A stretch of 56,728 bases of DNA from Chiloscyllium plagiosum (Eukaryota). Each line of letters opens with the position of its first letter. Position 1 is the first letter of the stretch. The stretch covers positions 49,029,361 through 49,086,088 of the forward strand of contig NC_057728.1 of the NCBI RefSeq assembly GCF_004010195.1, read 5' to 3'. The position numbers and the translations under genes are program-made. Below the pieces are notes generated by a model. The model saw nothing but the letters and a program-made list of their open reading frames with translations, was not told the origin of the DNA and ran no database searches. Shown here piece by piece: positions 37,102 through 47,315 of this stretch.

Positions 37102-37570
37102 ATTGTTAAAGCGGCGCCGCTTCCGGAACCAGACCCGAGCCCGCGGATTCTCGGCGGCAGCAGCGAGCGGCTGAAGCCACTAGGCCGCAGCGCCTCCTCG
37201 CTCTCTGTCCCCCAGCTTCAGCCGGCGGCCCACCGCTCCCCCTGCTGGTCTCTGTGGGAACTAGCCCGCTTCTTCACCCCGACACAAACGGCCGCCGAAC
37301 ACTGGCTTTCTCAAACAACACGAAGCGAAGCCACGCTCCCAGCGAGACACCTCCACTCTCACTCCCTCACCAAAATGGATGCCACCCCGCTCCCTCATCA
37401 ACATGGCGGACACACCCGTCAGCCTGTGCCCTCATCAACATGGCGGATACACCCGCCAGCTCGATCTCTCGTTAACATGGCGGAAACAGCATCCAACACC
37501 CCCCCATACCTTTATCAATATGGCGGATACATGCGCACACTCCCATATCAATATGGCGGAGGACGCTCTC
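37102..37570 (-). promoter_or_regulatory. YEATS4: CpG-rich 5' UTR/promoter of YEATS4 with ETS and YY1-type motifs
   Basis: The clearest CpG-dense non-repeat stretch in the window; CCGGAAGCGG (minus) at 37117-37126; five AA(C/T)ATGGCGGA motifs at 37399-37560. Confidence 0.8.
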
Positions 37571-37649
37571 CTGCTCTGATTCTGACGAAGGCCTTCGAGC
37601 TGAAACGTTCGCCCTGGTTCTTTCTTGATGAGGCCCGTCCCATGGAGTC

Positions 37650-40600
37650 ATTTTTAAACATAAACAAAAACAGAAGTTGCTGGAAAAGCTCAACGGGTCT
37701 GTCAGCAACTGTAAAGAGAAGTCAGGGTTAATGTTTTGGGTGCGGTGGCCCCTTGTAGCTGGGAAAATGTTGATTTATATGCAGAAGTAAGAGTTAGGGA
37801 AAGGAGTAAGGAGTAAACAATAGGTGGGGATAGAGTCCAAAGAGAGAGGACAGTTGGATAAACAGTGGAGTGGATAACTATCTGTCTTGGAGGGTAAACA
37901 GATGTTAATGGAGACCTATGGCTAAGAACAGGTGGTGTGTAATGGCAGACTATATGATAACAATTCTGGCCTCATTCCTGATTAAGGGCTTCTACCCAAA
38001 ACGTCGATTTTCCTGCTCCTTGGATGCTGCCTAACCTGCTGTGCTTTTCCAGCATCACTCTAACCTATATGATAACAAGGCCTGGTGCCTTTGAACTGAA
38101 TATCAAGTCCAGAAGGCTGCAGGGCCCCTAAGTGGAAAATGAGGTGTTGTTCTCCCAGCTTGCGCTGAACATTGCTGGAGCACTGCAGCAAACCTGAGAC
38201 AGAGATATTGGCCAGAGTGGTATGTTAAAGTGGCAGGCAACTGGACGCTCAGGGTCATTTTTACAGGCAGAATGCAGATGTTCTGCAAAATGGTCACCCA
38301 GCCTATGCTTCATTTCTCCAACGTAGAAGAAACCACATTGTGAGCAGAAAATGTAGTAGACCAGATTATGAGAAGTGCAGGTAAAGTGCTGCTTCATCTG
38401 GAAGGTATGTTTGGGCCCTTAGACACTGAGGAGGGAGGATATAAATGGGCAGATGTTACATCTTTGGCAGTTGCAGGGGAAGGGACTGTGGGGGTGCTGT
38501 TGGGAATGAATGAAGAATGGACCAGAGTGAACGGTCTCTATATAAGGCAGAGGGGAAGGGAATGTGTGTCTGTTGGTGGCATCTTGCTGGAGGAGGCAGA
38601 AGTGGTGGCTGATGATCTTCTGGATGTGGACGTTGGTGGGATGGTAGGCAAGGAGGAGGGAACCTACCACTGTCGGGACAGGGAAGAGAGGGGGTGAGGG
38701 CGTAAGTGTGGGAGATGAATTGGACCTGTTGAGGGCCCTGTCAATAACAGTGCTGGTTGAGGAAGGTGGACATTTCACAGATTCCCTTGTGGAATTTGGC
38801 CTCATTGGAACATGTGTGATGGAGACAGAGGAACTGGGAGAATGGAATGGAGTCTTCACAAGAAACAGGGTGCAAGGATGTATAGTCCAGGTAGCTGTGG
38901 AAGTCAGTGGGTTTATTGTGGATATTAGTGGCCAGTCTATTGCCCAGAAATGGAAACAGAGATGTCAGGAAGGGAAGGGAAGGGTCAGAGATAGATCAGG
39001 TGAAAGTGAGGGCAGGGTGAAAATTGAAAGTGAAATTGATTAACTTTTCCAATTTCAGACGAGAGAGGGAAGTAGTACCAATGAGATCATTGATATATCA
39101 GAGAAATAGTTGTGGGTGGAGGCCAGAATAGGGCTGGAACAAGGAATGTTCCACATACCTTATGAAGAGATAGGCATGTCCCATGTGAGTACCCATGGCC
39201 ACCCCTCTGACCTGAAGAAAATGAAAGGAGTTAAAAGAGAAGTTGTTAAAGGTGAAGATGAGCTTGGCCAAGCGGAGGGAGATGGTTCAGGCCTTTGCTG
39301 CAGGAAGAGATGGAGAGCCCTGATACCATCCTGGTGAGGGATAGATGTCATAGAGATTACAGCATGGAAACAGACCCTTCAGTCCAACTCATCCATGCTG
39401 ACCAGATATCCTAAATTAAGCTAGTCCCATTTGTCAGCACCCGGTCCACATCCCTCTAAACCCTTCCTATTCATATACCCATCCAGTTGCCTTTTAAATG
39501 TTGTAATTGTCCCAGTCTCCACCACTTCCCACATTTGATAATGCCCTGAGATTTATCCAACTTTACATTTTCTAAGATCTCCAGCACCTCTTCTTCTGTA
39601 ATGTGAACTGTTTTCAGATTATCAATACTTATTGCCCGGAGTTCTCTAGCCCATATTTCTTTCTCCATGGAAAAAAAGAAACTGACAGGAATATTCATTT
39701 AACATCACTCATCTTCTGAGGTTGACCTTGTTGATCTTTAAGGGGCCTGATTCTCTCCCTAGTTACCTTAATGTATTTATAGAACCTCTTTGGATTATCC
39801 TTAACCTTATCTGGCAAGACTCTCTCTTATTCCTTCTTTACCTTCCTGATTTCCCTCTTAAGAATGCTCCTGCACTGTTTATACACTTTAAGAGATTCAT
39901 TTGATCCCAATTGGTCTATAATCGAAAATATGATTCTTCTTTATTCTTGACTAGAACCTCAGTATTTTTATTCATTCATTGTTCCGTAATCTTACCAGCT
40001 TTACTCTTCACACTAACAGGAACATAATGCCTCTGAAGTGTCTTTATCACATTTTTGAAAGCCTCTAACTTGTCAGTCATTCCTTTACTTGTGAATATTC
40101 TACTCCAATCTAACTTTGAAAGTTCTTGGCTCATTGTGTAAAGTGATTGCATGTTCATGGTAAAAAGGAGGTGGCTGGAGCCTGGAAAGTGGAAATTCCA
40201 AAACTGCCATAAAATGTCAGAGGAATCACGGATGTACATTGGCAGGGAACGGACCAAGGGAGAAAAGGTATGAGGAAATTATTTCTGTGGGGCAGGAGCT
40301 AGCTGAAACAATGGGATTGCCCAGGATGTCCTGTTTGTGTATTTTTGGAAGGAACTAGAATGAAGCTCTGCAGGGCTGGGGCATTTGCAGCTTGGGAGCA
40401 GTGAGGGGGGCATCACCAGATGAAATGAGGTCAGTGATTGTAGTTAATATGATGGTCTGATGTGCCATGGTGGGGTCATGGTCCAGGGGAAGATAGACAA
40501 AGGTACCTGAAAGCTGGCAGTCAGCCTCCGCAACGTTTTGATCAGTACGTCAGATTACAACAGCATCACCCTTATCAGCAGGCTTAATAACCAAGTCAGA

Positions 40601-40715
40601 TTTGGATCTAAGAACACAGAGTGCAGTCTCTTCAGGAGAAGATTGATTGGATTGGATGAGGTGGGTGGGAGGGGACGGAGGGCAGAGAAATTGAGATGAC
40701 CAATTTCACTTCGAG
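37650..40715 (-). mobile_element. Long degraded PLE (Neptune-like: RT, Cys-rich linker, GIY-YIG endonuclease), interrupted by CR1 pieces (~39345-40130) and a short PLE (37964-38064)
   Basis: YIRDSSDIL..LLFTMNMQSLYT / SIPHQDGIRAL (RT), PCNCQRCNICPF (linker) and CTSHNLVYYIFCSQCGFFYVGEMKHRLGDHFAEHL (GIY-YIG). The 14-bp TSD CTATATGATAACAA at 37950-37963 and 38065-38078 flanks the inner insert. Confidence 0.85.
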
Positions 40716-40839
40716 TCATTTTTAAAATTCTCGTTTCCTTTACCAGGGCAGTGAATATTTCCTCTGCCTCTTTGTCAGGCCACTGCCCAACTTTCAATCG
40801 AGCCTCAGTGACAGGAGGACTTAAGATGAACTTTTCAGA

Positions 40840-41150
40840 TTTATGTGTAAACAGGCCATTGGACCCCTCTGAAGAACATCCCACCAATACCCATCTCCTT
40901 ACCCTGCATTTCTATGGCTAACCCACCTAACCTATACATCCCTGAACACAATGGGCAATTTAGCACAACCAATCCATCTAACCTACACAATTTTGGACTG
41001 TAGGAGGAAACTGGAGCACCCAGCAGAAACCCATGCAGACACGGAGAGAACATGCAAACTCGACGCAGATAGTTGCCAGAGGTTGGAATCGAAGCCAGGT
41101 CCCTGGGTTGTGAGGCAGCAGTGCTATCCACTGAGCCAGTGTGGCACCCT
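40840..41150 (-). mobile_element. HE1-type SINE
   Basis: Reverse-complement similarity to 4106-4427 along its length. Confidence 0.85.
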
Positions 41151-41412
41151 AAAACCACGACTGTCCTACTACTTCATTAGAGGGAGATAACTGATGTCGA
41201 TTTAACCTGAGGGTCACCATAATCAAGAAGACAGTTTGTAAAGAAGAGTCCTTCATAGCAACTAGAGTGGGTTTGGGAATTGAACCTATGCTGTTGGCAT
41301 CAATGTGCATTACAACCAGCCATCTATCTAACTGAGCTAATCAACCCCAAATTTGAGTTTGAGCGATAACTAATCCAGCAGGAAGTAGTTTAAAATCTGC
41401 AAGATGAGGAAA

Positions 41413-41492
41413 CGTAGTTGAGAGGGTTCAAACCTGCGAGGGGAGACCAAAGAATTTCTAATCTATTGCCTTAATCACTCACCCACGACTAC
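41413..41492 (-). pseudogene. tRNA-Ser(AGA) pseudogene
   Basis: Minus strand reads GTAGTCGTGGGTGAGTGATTAAGGCAATAGATTAGAAATTCTTTGGTCTCCCCTCGCAGGTTTGAACCCTCTCAACTACG. It is colinear with vertebrate tRNA-Ser-AGA but has stem mismatches and altered D and T loops. Confidence 0.8.
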
Positions 41493-42724
41493 ATGGAAGA
41501 ACAGTCAGTGCGCACTGTGTGTGACACAGGAGTATTGCAAATACCATTGTAAGATGAAACTTTGCCCACTTCAATCCTGGGTAGGGTGTTTGTGAAAGCG
41601 ACAGTTTGTTCAAAGCTGATCGTTCTGAAGTGAATTTAGTGATTGAGTACATGTTAGAGGGAGTTGGGAAGAGGTGTCTGTCTATCTTTTTGAATGTTGG
41701 GAGGCAGTAAGAGGCATTTTGAAGATTGTTGTATGTGTGCTGGTGCTGTGAATAATTAAGATGGTGGATAGGGTGCTGAGCAATATAGTGTTTTGTCCTG
41801 GAGTGTCAGTGCCAAAATTCACAAGGATAAATAAAGTAACAATAGTGCAAAAATGGAGCACAGGAGTTTATATTTATTACTGTATTCAATTTTTTTTGTA
41901 ATTACATAGATTTATCAAATATATTTATGATCCCTTTTATCTGGTGCATGTGTTAGGACCATATGAGAAGCACATGAAGGAATATGTTGGAAAATTAGTG
42001 GTCTTATAGTCTTAAAATATTGCACCAGTGGTCTTTACCTGCTTGTGCTGAGTGTGAAGGATTCAATATTTATGATTCACAATGTTTTCAAAAGAGGTAA
42101 ATCCAATTGTTATCATACATCTGTTTTTAATAAAAGCAAATCACAGGCTCTGACAGACCTGCTGAGTTTCTCCAGTATTTCCCATTTTTACTTATGTCTT
42201 AAATATTCAATTTGAATCTTTTTGTGACACTAATAAACATTTCCCCCCCCCCCCCCCTCCACCCCCGAGACCAAAACACTCATTGTCATGGTTGTCATTG
42301 TCAGAATCTTTTTACCTATTTGTAATTATTATTTTGACCTCCATGCATGAAGGTTCAGAAGCAGCCACATGTCAGAGTGTCCTATACATTCAGTGTTTTT
42401 GTTGAACCACAATCCATTCCAAGAATTTGCTACAGAAAGAACACTGATGTTTCTTTTGACATTATCTGTGAGCTTGTCTCTATTTGATACATTTTAAACA
42501 AAAATAAACACTTCAAGTGCTACACTGGCAGACCTTACCATGATGTAAGACCATTTTCTTTAATAGAATCAATTTTGCTCATCCTATTTAAATCAAAATA
42601 TATAATTACTAGTGTAGAAAACAATACCAAAATCCTGGTAGAAGGCAGAGGAAATGTATTTTAAACAAACTTACATAAGTGGCACATTTTCACTAAGAAT
42701 AAGGTCCCAATGGATATATCTATG

Positions 42725-43068
42725 CCCAAGCACAATGATTCAGTGGTTAACTCTGCAGCTTCACAGCACCAGGGACTTGGGTTCAATTCCAGCCTCGGGT
42801 AACTGTCTGTGTGAACTTTGTACACTCTCCCAACGTCTGCATGGATTTCCTCTGGTTTCCTCTCACAATCCAAAGGTGTGCAGATTTGGTGAACTGGCTA
42901 TGCTAAATTGCCCACAGTGTTCAGGGATGTATGAGTTAGGTGCATTAGTTGGGGTAAAAGTACAGTAATAGTGTAGGGGAAGGTGTTTGAGTGGGTTACT
43001 CTTCGGAGGGTTGGTGTGGACTTGTTGGGTCAAATGGCCCGTTTCCACACTGTAGGGATTCTATGAAT
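42725..43068 (+). mobile_element. HE1-type SINE, diverged
   Basis: tRNA head, central domain and GTTTCCACACTGTAGGGATTCTATGA tail. Confidence 0.85.
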
Positions 43069-43380
43069 TAGGCTACAAGATAAATCTAGAATGAAACAAA
43101 AAAAAGAACAATTTATCTTTATTAAATATTTATTCAATGTATTAAAGATAAGTTAGAAAAACTGTTTTGCAACAATAAATCAGTTAACAGCAGACAAGAT
43201 AAATATCAGTCAACCTGTTAGCTTGGTGGTAAGTATGTGTGCAGTTGGGTGAACATGCAAAAGGTGTCTTCACTTTGTCATAGTTAGTAAAGTGTACAAT
43301 TAGAGTGCATTTCTCTTTCTTCAGACTTGAGTACGTTGGAACCTGTTGGGCAAGTAAGAAAGGGTGATTAAATTACCCCA

Positions 43381-43620
43381 GAAGCAAAAAACAGAAATTG
43401 CCTGAAAAGCTCAGCAGGTCTGGCAGCAAATGTGCAGAGAAATCAAAGCTAACGTTGCTAGTCTGGTGACCCTTCCTCAGAACCTGAAGAAGGGTTACTG
43501 GGCTGGAAACGTTAACTCTGATTTCACTTCACAGATGCTGCCTGACCTGCTGAGCTTTTTCAGCAACTTCTGTTTTTGTTTCTGATTTACACAGCAGCTG
43601 CAGTTCTTTCTGTTTTGATT
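43381..43620. mobile_element. Hairpin PLE derivative (third subfamily)
   Basis: Inverted arms AAAAACAGAAATTGC..AGCTCAGCAGGTC / GACCTGCTGAGCT..TTCTGTTTTTG; CTGAAGA..GAAACGTTA core. Confidence 0.75.
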
Positions 43621-43994
43621 AACTTACCTTCCCTATTCTGGTCAAGTCACTGAATTTCTTGCTGTCCTTGGACTATGAAGATATGCAGTCCTCACTTTCT
43701 CCTATGAAGATACCAGTCAATACCTCTTGTTCTCCTTCCATGTCCACCTCCATGTGATTGGTGGGATGTGGGAAGAGGTGAGAACAGGTCCAACTTTCAT
43801 TGATTATTGTTCTGGAAGGCAGCAGAACACAGTCCAGCACCATCTGTGCAAATGGATTATGAAATTAAAGCAAAACAGAGCACTCAAACACAAATGATTT
43901 TCATGTGAAATAGGTATTTTCCACATAACGAAGTGTTTTATTCCTTTCTTCCTGCCCTCTACCAACTCTTCCAGCAGTGAGAGCTTTTGAATAT

Positions 43995-44480
43995 CAGACC
44001 ATGAGAAATAGACATTCAGCCCCTTCAGCTTACTTCACCATCCAATTGGATTATGGCTAATCCACCATTCCTCATGCACTTTCCTGCCCTTTCCCCATAA
44101 CCCTTGACTGTCCGACTGATCAAGAATCTATCTCAGCCTTAAATATACACAAGGACTCTTCCCCGGAGTTCTGTGGTAAGGAGTTCCAAAAGACAGTCAA
44201 CCCTTTGAGAGAAGAAATTCCTTTTATTCTGAAGCTATCCCCTCTGGTCCTAGACCCTCCCATGAGTAGAAACGTCCTCTCAGCGTTTACCCTGTCAAGC
44301 TCCTTAAGAATCCTATATGTTTCAATTATATCACTTCTCATCCTTCTATATTCCAATGAATAGTGTCCCATTTGTTTAGCCTTCAGTAATAAGACAATCC
44401 CTCCATACCAGGCTTCATCCAAGTGAACGTTCTCTGAACTGCCACCAATGAAATTAAATCTTTCCTTGAATAAGTAGATG
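43995..44480 (-). mobile_element. CR1 LINE 3' fragment
   Basis: ORF 44120-44503 has YSLEYRRMRSDIIETYRIL..SRTRGDSFRI. Confidence 0.8.
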
Positions 44481-44496
44481 GTGACATCTTGCAAAA

Positions 44497-46160
44497 TGTC
44501 CATATTACAGAGGCAGAAGTGCTGGATCTCTTGAAATGCATAAAAGTGGATAAATCCCCAGGTGTACCCTAGAACTCTGTGGGAAGCTAGAGAATAGTTG
44601 CTGAGATATTTGTATCATCGATAGTCACAGGTGAGGCGCCGGAAGACTGGAGGTTTAGATTAGATTACATTACAGCGTGGAAACAGGCCCTTCGGCCCAA
44701 CATGTCCACACCGACCCGCCGAAGCACAATCCACCCATACCCTTACATTTACCCCTTACCTAACACTATGGGCAATTTAGCATGGCCAATTCACCTGACC
44801 TGCACATCTTTGGACTGTGGGAGAAAACCAGAGGAAACCCACGCAGACACGGGGAGAACGTGCAAACTCCACATAGTCAGTCGCCTGAGGCGGGAATTGA
44901 ACCCTGGTCTCAGGCGCTGTGAGGCAGCAGTGCTAACCACTGTGCCACCGTGCCGCCCACAGGTTGGTAAATGTGGTGACACTGTTTAAGAAGGGTGGTA
45001 TGGACAAGCCAGAAAGCCTGACATCAGTGGTGGGCAAGTTGTTGTAGAGAATCCTGAGGGACAAGATGTACATGTATTTGGAAAGGCAAGGACTGATTCG
45101 GGATAGTCCACATGGTTTTGTGCGTGGGAAATCGTATCTCACAAATTTGATTGAGTTTTTTGAGGAAGTAACAAAGAGGATTGATGAGTCTATATGGACT
45201 TCAGTAAGGTGTTCAACAAGGTTCCCCATGGGAGACTGATTAGCAAGGTTAGATCTCACGGAATACAGAGAGAACTAGCCATTTGGATACAGAACTGACT
45301 CAAAGGTAGAAGACAGAGGGTGGTGGTGGAGGGTTGTTTTTCAGACTGGAGGCCTGTGACCAGTGGAGTGCCACAAGGATCGGTGCTGGGTCCTGTACTT
45401 TTTCATTTACATAAATGATTTGGATGCAAGCATAAGAGGTACAGTTAGTAAGTCTGTAGATGACACAAAATTGGAGGTGTAGTCAGCTCCTTGAAAGTGG
45501 AGTCGCAGGTATAGGATAGTGAAGAAGGCGTTTGGTATGCTTTCCTTTATCGGTCAGAGTATTGAATACAGGAATTGGGAGGTCATGTTGCGGCTGTACA
45601 GGACATTGGTTAGGCCACTGTTGGAATATTGTATGCAATTCTAGTCTCCTTCCTATCGGAAAGATGTGAAACTTGAAGGGGTTCAGAAAAGATTTACCAG
45701 GATATTGCCAGGGTTGGAAGATTTGAGCTAGAGGGAGAGGCTGAACAGGCTGGGGCTGTTTTCCCTGGAGCATCGGAGGCTGAGGGGTGACCTTTAGAGA
45801 TTTACAAAATTATGAAGGGCATGGATAGGATAAATAGACAAAGTCTTTTCCCTGGGGTCGGAGAGTCCAGAACTAGAAGGCATAGGTTTAGGGGGGAAAT
45901 GTATAAAAGAGACATAAGGGGCAACATTTTCACGCAGAGGATGGTACGTGTATGGGAATGTACTCCCAGAAGATGTGGTGGAGGCTGGTACAGTTGCAAC
46001 ATTTAAGAGGCATTTGGATGGGTATATGAATAGGAAGGGTTTGGAGGGATATGGGCCGGGTGCTGGCAGGTGCGACTAGATTGGGTTGGGATATCTGGTT
46101 GGCATGGACAGGCTGGGCCAAAGAGTCTGTTTCCGTGCTGTACATCTCTATGACTCTAAA
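44497..46160 (+). mobile_element. CR1/HER1-type LINE ORF2 3' part with deletions
   Basis: [15 protein letters not shown] and LYRTLVRPLLEYC motifs; tail GTTTCCGTGCTGTACATCTCTATGACTCTA. Confidence 0.9.
44656..44960 (-). mobile_element. HE1-type SINE, young, inserted in CR1 with 5-bp TSD
   Basis: AGGTT at 44651-44655 and 44961-44965; close reverse complement of 4106-4427. Confidence 0.9.
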
Positions 46161-46782
46161 CAATCAGTTATTACTTCCTTAATAAAAGATTCCAATTCAA
46201 TGTCAACTATAGCTGTTACAACATTGATCTTCACTATATGGCTATTATTTGTGAGAATGGGTGTTGGAAGATTAATGACCACAGAAGTAGGGCAGTCACA
46301 TCCAACAAAACAAATAAAAGTAACTGAAAAGAAATGAAGATGATGGAAGATTGTTGTTCATTAGGAATATACTGCTAGAAAATGCTATTTATTTCCCAAG
46401 CAGATAGTGGAAGAAAACTTATAATTCTTATTGGAAAGATGAACATATGCTGTTTGAGTTGTAAATATTATTGAACAAAGGCCAGACATAAAATATTTGA
46501 TAACTATTAACTTAATCATGTCATAAAAGGGATGTATTAGAAATAAACTTTTGACTTGGATTGTGGACAGAAATAAATATAATTTGCCTTAGAGTTTGGA
46601 CTACATGAAAATGTAGATGATTTCCCCTTTAATAGGAAACATTTTTTCTATTTAAGTCAACATGCTTGGATGTGTTATGATTCATCTCCATGGCTATCAC
46701 ATCCTGAGGTTGAGCTTGAACCAGGACTGTCTGACCAAGAGGTAGGGACACTACCACAATATGACAAGGTCTTCAAAAGAAA

Positions 46783-46927
46783 GGAATAGATGCAACAAGC
46801 CCCTGCTCCATCTTCCAGTTCCAAAACTCAATTTAAAACTTCATCCCCAGATTTGAGGATGTATCAGATATTAAACTGATAAAAATAGATGCTGTACTTG
46901 ATCTTGGCCAAAGGGTTGAGAAACAAA
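46783..46927 (-). pseudogene. U2 snRNA pseudogene (about the first 145 nt, 3'-truncated)
   Basis: Minus strand reads TTTCTCAACCCTTTGGCCAAGATCAAGTACAGCATCTATTTTTATCAGTTTAATATCTGATACATCCTC...TTTTGGAACTGGAAGATGGAGCAGGGGCTTG, colinear with U2. The branch-point pairing GTAGTA and the Sm site are mutated. Confidence 0.85.
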
Positions 46928-47315
46928 GTCTTTCTTTCATAAATGACCTGTTTGGATTTGCTATACCACATTCTGAGATAAGGCTTGAAACCAAGTAATA
47001 CAACCAAGAGACAGGGACACTACCACTCGACCACAACCTTCTTGGTTTGTTAACATCTAGATGATAACAATTACTAAATGTGTTATCAGCTTTCACCATT
47101 TTGCATAAATTCTATTTGTATTTGACACCTTTAGTAAAATGAATGACTTTTATTCCTTAAGGTGTGATGTGTTGTGTTAATTCAATAATATCACAAGAAC
47201 ACGATATGTTTTTGAAGTTGCATGCAAGTTATAGTATAAAATACTGATGCTTAGACCAACAAACAACAAAACTGTTAATATTCCCGAAGGGCTTGAAAAC
47301 TTGAAATCTCTCAGT

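Noticed and set aside
37371..37560. CRISPR-like repeat-spacer appearance
   Set aside because: The repeat is only 12 bp, the spacers resemble each other, the context is vertebrate and there are no cas genes.
36988..37731. 247-aa plus-strand ORF over the YEATS4 promoter
   Set aside because: GC-rich and repeat-driven (repeated QHGG/QYGG from the YY1 array), with a non-ATG start, antisense to exon 1 and no recognisable domain.
43628..43843. Resemblance of the upstream exon-like peptides to cyclic-nucleotide-binding or PH domains
   Set aside because: Only loose pattern similarity by eye; no family can be assigned without a profile search.
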